64,000 nt of DNA, from assembly GCA_000708835.1 (NCBI GenBank), contig DF237310.1:1-64000 (forward strand), in the 5' to 3' direction. The DNA comes from Klebsormidium nitens. Its lineage: Eukaryota; Plantae; Klebsormidiophyceae. Shown here piece after piece: positions 59,633 to 64,000 of the stretch. Position 1 is the stretch's first letter, and the number at the start of each line of letters is the position of its first letter. Both the position numbers and the translations under genes were made by a program. The notes below the pieces were generated by a model. That model worked only from the letters and a program-made list of their open reading frames with translations. It searched no databases and had not been told where the DNA came from.

Positions 59633-61446
59633 GGTTGCCAAGTCTGCTGCTTTGCTGAGACGCGGGGACAGTGCTCACTCTTGGAAGATTCTGGAATCAG
59701 GAACTAATTCGGATTTTCAACACCTGCACCAACACCTGCACCAACAGATCGAGGAACGATCATGAGAGAGATGCGTGAGTGGTGGTGGGAAAGGTGAAGA
59801 AGCCTGATAGAAATCAAGAATCTTCACAGGTACCATCTGAGGGAGCCCCGGGCAAAACCCTTTCCTGTGAAGCTTTGACAGGATTCAGTCCACAAACTCC
59901 TCTTGGACAGTCCTGAAGGGAATCAGTCCACGACCTCCGCTTGGACGATCGAGAAGAAAACGCCACCATCGATACTGCCAGCCCAATGAGAGGGGACGAT
60001 GATCTACTGAAAGGATAAAGGAAGAGTGCTGATAAACAACAACTTCAGAAGAAAGTGGTCATACAAAGTCCACACCCCCGTCACTCACAACACATACATA
60101 TGGAAGAGAGCCAGTGCACTTGACTCAAGCTGTGCAGAGAAAGCCCACTAATCAGTGCTTTTGTCTCCACGGTGGATTGGAAAGACCACCACCAAAAAAG
60201 GCGAACACTGAAAATTGATGAGTGAAGGACATGACTTGCTAAAACGAATGAAATGTAAAACCTTCGTTGGAGATGATATTACTTCAAAACAGACTGACAA
60301 AATTCTACCTGATAGAGGGGCGAGCAACGAATCTTAGCAAACAGAAGGTGGTGGTAAACTTTCGTACAAAAAATCCCTGCCTTGTGTAGGAAAGGTGTAC
60401 CTGTCAGTGCCCAGGCTCGCAAATGTTAATTCCCTTTCCTTTTCTAGCAGCCATCAAACGCAGGATTCCCTCCAGCTCTACAGTGCGCCCTCTGCTCTTC
60501 CCCCGAGGCTCCTCTATTTGCACCACTCAGCTAGCCCTCTAAACACTCGACGGCAGGGTAACCAAAACCATGCAGTGAAGAGGGCGGCAGCGGGGCGGCA
60601 GCACAACAGAATCCAACAAGAAGCGGCTAGTAGCAGCAAGCAGTGGCTGACTTCGTACGCCCCACACCCTGAGCTCTGCCAAATCTATTGCCAATGCAAA
60701 ACCAACTGAGAATGCTTACGAGTTGCAGGAGAAAGCGGCAATAAGGGAGCTGGTGCTCGCTTGCGGCTGCGCTGTGCTGCGCTTGGTACAGAATCAAAAA
60801 ACCTGCTGAGAAAAGCTAAGTAAGAGATGCGCTTGTAGGCCAAGAGGCTACGATAGTTTAACAAGAACGCCTCAATTGGAAAGGTGAAGACGACTCCTGA
60901 CTCTGACGTACAGTGAATCTTCCTGGAGTGCAGGAAGGCAAGGCAGGAAGTGTGATCTTCTTGAAGGGCAGGAAGAGCAGGAATTCGATGGGGTTAAGAT
61001 TCAGGTTACTTTTAGCGTGCCGACCAGTGCGCGAGGTTTGGAGTCGGTACGTTCAGGTTAAGAAACTTCACGCTTTCTGTGCCGCGAACCGGGGACCGCA
61101 CCGGGGACTACCCTGACAAATTTTCGCGGGTGTTAACGTTGAACGGTTAAGACTTTTCTTTCCTGGTCAATGCGGTCCAACAAGACTCACCTAGCTGGGT
61201 GCAAAGGATGACGTTCCTGCCGGATTCACAGCAAAGCCAATTGGCGCAGACTTTGGGGGGCCAGCTGTCTCTGCAATTGATTGGCGCATTGCTCAGTTTG
61301 ATATCGGCAAGCCGCTTGTGAAAGGCTCAAGAAGTACCACAGGGAACTGGCTTTTTGTCTAAGATTTGGCGGGTGTAACTTTCAAAAATAGGCTGTTAGC
61401 GCGGATTGAAGGTGCTTTGTGTGATTGACAGCGACGTGGCGAGAAA

Positions 61447-63571
61447 ATGTCTGCCCAGGACCCCTTCTACCTCGTCAAAGAGGAGATCCAGGAGTCGGTG
61501 CGTAGCCCCATCCTTCCAGAATTGAAAGTTCACCTTCAGCGTGAAGAGGGCCCTCTTTCGAAATCTTTTGTCCTTGCTCGCTCAGCCTGCTATAATGCTC
61601 CCAGGAACGTTCTGCTTCTGTTGCTCTGTTTGCAGATTCCAAAACCGGCTCTGTGTGTTAAAATTTTCTTTGACCTGCAGGTAAATAAGGTCAGTGCTGG
61701 ATATGCTCGATGGGAGGGTTTGAGTACAGGCAGCGCTGAAAGGGACAGGCTGACCCGGGAGCTCGAGAGTGGTTGCGAGAGCGTGGAGTGGCAGGTACCG
61801 ATCATTCTTCTCTACCTTCAGCTTGTTTAACAAGCCTAAGGAGCAGCCTCTTCAGGGGGGAACAAGGTTGAGATCTGAATGTAGCTGTAGAGGCTGAGCA
61901 AAGCCTGCTTGTTATTTCATTTCCGATTGTCTCTCCTTCAGCAGCTTTTGGTCCAAAGCTTGCCAATTCGGCTCAGTTGGCATCTAGTTGCAAAAGCATA
62001 AGTGGAGCTGAGAATCCGATGGTATGTGCTTCCCGCAAAAGATGGAGTTCCATTGGTCAAGCACAACGTGGGGATGATCGCACTGGAGACTTCTTGATTA
62101 GGGTTTTTCGACAAGTCCGATGAACGGGAGATCAGGGATTTCAATTGGGAACTGGATTGAGATAAAGCTGGGTTGGTGAAATGATGCACGGCTTCGAAAT
62201 GCTCTCTTAATCAGAAGCTATGAGAGTGATTTTTCAGCAATTGGGAGAATTAAAAGCTTATTGTGGCCCTCTAAGCTCTCTCAGAAGCATTTTCAAGCGA
62301 TGGGTGGAAAAGGCATACGTACTAAGAATGGGGTTTGTGTTGCCCGCACTTACAAGACAACTCGCTATCAAAGCAGTAACTTGTTCTGCATCCACACCAT
62401 GTCGCATGATGTTGAAATTCCTATGATGCAGGTTGACGAGCTTGAGAAGGCCATCAACGTGGCGGAACGGGATCCGGCACGATTTAATGTCAGCGCAAGT
62501 GAGATTGAAAGTAGGAGACAATGGACGAGCCAGACGCGAAAAGAGGTAGGTTCTCTAGTGGCTACTGCTTGGTGGGATTGGCATGCAAATTCTTGATGGG
62601 GACATGGTTTTACGGCGCGAAAGTGTTTCGAGATTAAGGCAGTGCCCTAACAGCTGATTGGTGCGGCCAATAGGTGCACTCCCATTGATCAATTACCAGG
62701 GGTCCGAGCGTGCACGAGCCCCAATCATTATGCAGACAGAGGTCTCTGACGTCATTGAGTTCTTTCACGCTGCGAAATCTTTGAAACTGAAGTGAGGGTC
62801 AACGCGACCCTGGCAGTTGATCGCTGGTTTGCATTTAGTCATCCCCCAAAACGAAGAGCAAAACAGGGGAGGCATCAATCTCGAATCCCCACACAAGCAG
62901 CTGATTGGTTCGCAATTATTGTAAACCTGGCTGAATGCCAGAGCTTGCTGGTCTCTGCTGAGGGCTTAGACTGGTTGATGGTACACAACCATCGAAATCA
63001 TCCTGAAAACATCCACGAAATGTTGTTCGACTCTGTTAAAACTATCAACCTAAAACGAAAGGCGTTCTCTTGATGTCTTGACACTTCATACGAAGATTTG
63101 GATTGAACCTAGAACGCGTCTCTACTAAGAAAAGCCCCAGAACACGCTCTCTTAATCTGCAGGTGGTTAGGATACGAGGGGTGGTGAAGATTAAACATCA
63201 AGAGCGCTCCTTGGATGCGTCACTACTTCCCAGAACTTTTGAGAATGAAGTCAGAACATGTTTGAGATGAAGTCGTCTAGACTGCGCAGGCCAAGTTGGA
63301 AACGTGCCCCAATGCTTCGATGATTCCCATGACCTGATCAGAACACGTTCGTTTTCAGATTAGATCCAACATACGTTTCCATGCTGCAGGTCGAGAGGAT
63401 ACGACGGGTGGTGAAGACTGCTGCGCAGGCAGCGCAGGTCAAGTCGCGGCAAGAGCTCATGCGGGGGCCTGCCGGGGGGAAGGATGTCTCGTCCCGGTTG
63501 CAAGGAGCAATCACTCGAGAAAATGATGCATTTCTCAATAACGAGTCTGACAGGCAGCAGCTCCTGATGAG
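61447..63571 (+). CDS. SYP61: Syntaxin-6/SYP61 Qc-SNARE, 5' part (continues past the window)
   Basis: Exons 61447-61497, 61681-61794, 62432-62545 and 63390-63571. MSAQDPFYLVKEEIQES, CESVEWQVDELEKAINVAERDPARF, EIESRRQWT and ENDAFLNNESDRQQLLM match the syntaxin-6 N-terminal domain and linker. Confidence 0.9.
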
Positions 63572-64000
63572 GTAAGCCACGAAAGGCACGAGCCGTTTCT
63601 CTTCCATACGTTTTGCTTGGAAAGCCGGCCATTTCGCTCTATAGGCAAATGCACGGAAGCAGTTGCACGGAGGCTCGACGCGCTCAGGTTTTGCGGTTTT
63701 TACAGAGACATAGGTGGGGGCTGCACAGCGATTGTAAAGTCTGCACAATACGTACCCTGTGCTGAAGAATCGCGAAGCAATCTTGGGCCAGAAATCATGT
63801 CATCTACGAGGGTGCATTGGGTGCAAGCGCTCAAAGGAGCCGCTTCTTCAGAAGCGTCACTCCAGCTTTGAACAGATGGTTTTCGTGTCCTCGGCCTGCA
63901 TCCAGGGTACATGGTGGAGACCGGCCTTGCCTTGCATCGTGCAAAGTTTTGCCCTCGCTCCCGCCAAGAAGACCTCAACAAAGAGTCAGAAAAGCTGCTG

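Noticed and set aside
59721-59745. Short perfect tandem duplications (also 46500-46542)
   Set aside because: These are ordinary two-copy slippage products with no further structure.

Overview
Eukaryotic, intron-rich nuclear DNA of a streptophyte, most likely the alga Klebsormidium (an inference from plant-type genes, GC-rich codons, and BTB-BACK and F-box genes). I assembled gene models by hand from GT/GC-AG boundaries and checked the codon phase across every junction. The genes are: a DUF900-type alpha/beta hydrolase (+, 4 exons), a BTB-BACK protein (-, 4 exons), a full-size PDR/ABCG transporter (-, 26 exons traced, 5' end not found), a plant STAT-like SH2 protein (+, 12 exons), an intronless F-box/LRR-like gene (-), an intronless protein built from two ~85-aa repeats resembling the CBP60 middle domain (+), an NHR2-like protein (-), a PIG3-type quinone oxidoreductase (+, 6 exons, one GC-AG intron), BUD31 (-, 3 exons, not recovered as a protein in the ORF track) and the 5' part of SYP61 (+). 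The most striking unexplained structure is a pervasive set of 'exon-edge echoes'. Many introns of four genes are largely filled with decaying tandem copies of the adjacent exon end together with its splice site. The functional copy is always the exon-proximal one, and CpG decay is visible in the copies. Three kinds of small inverted-repeat element are also present. No rRNA, tRNA or CRISPR array was recognised.
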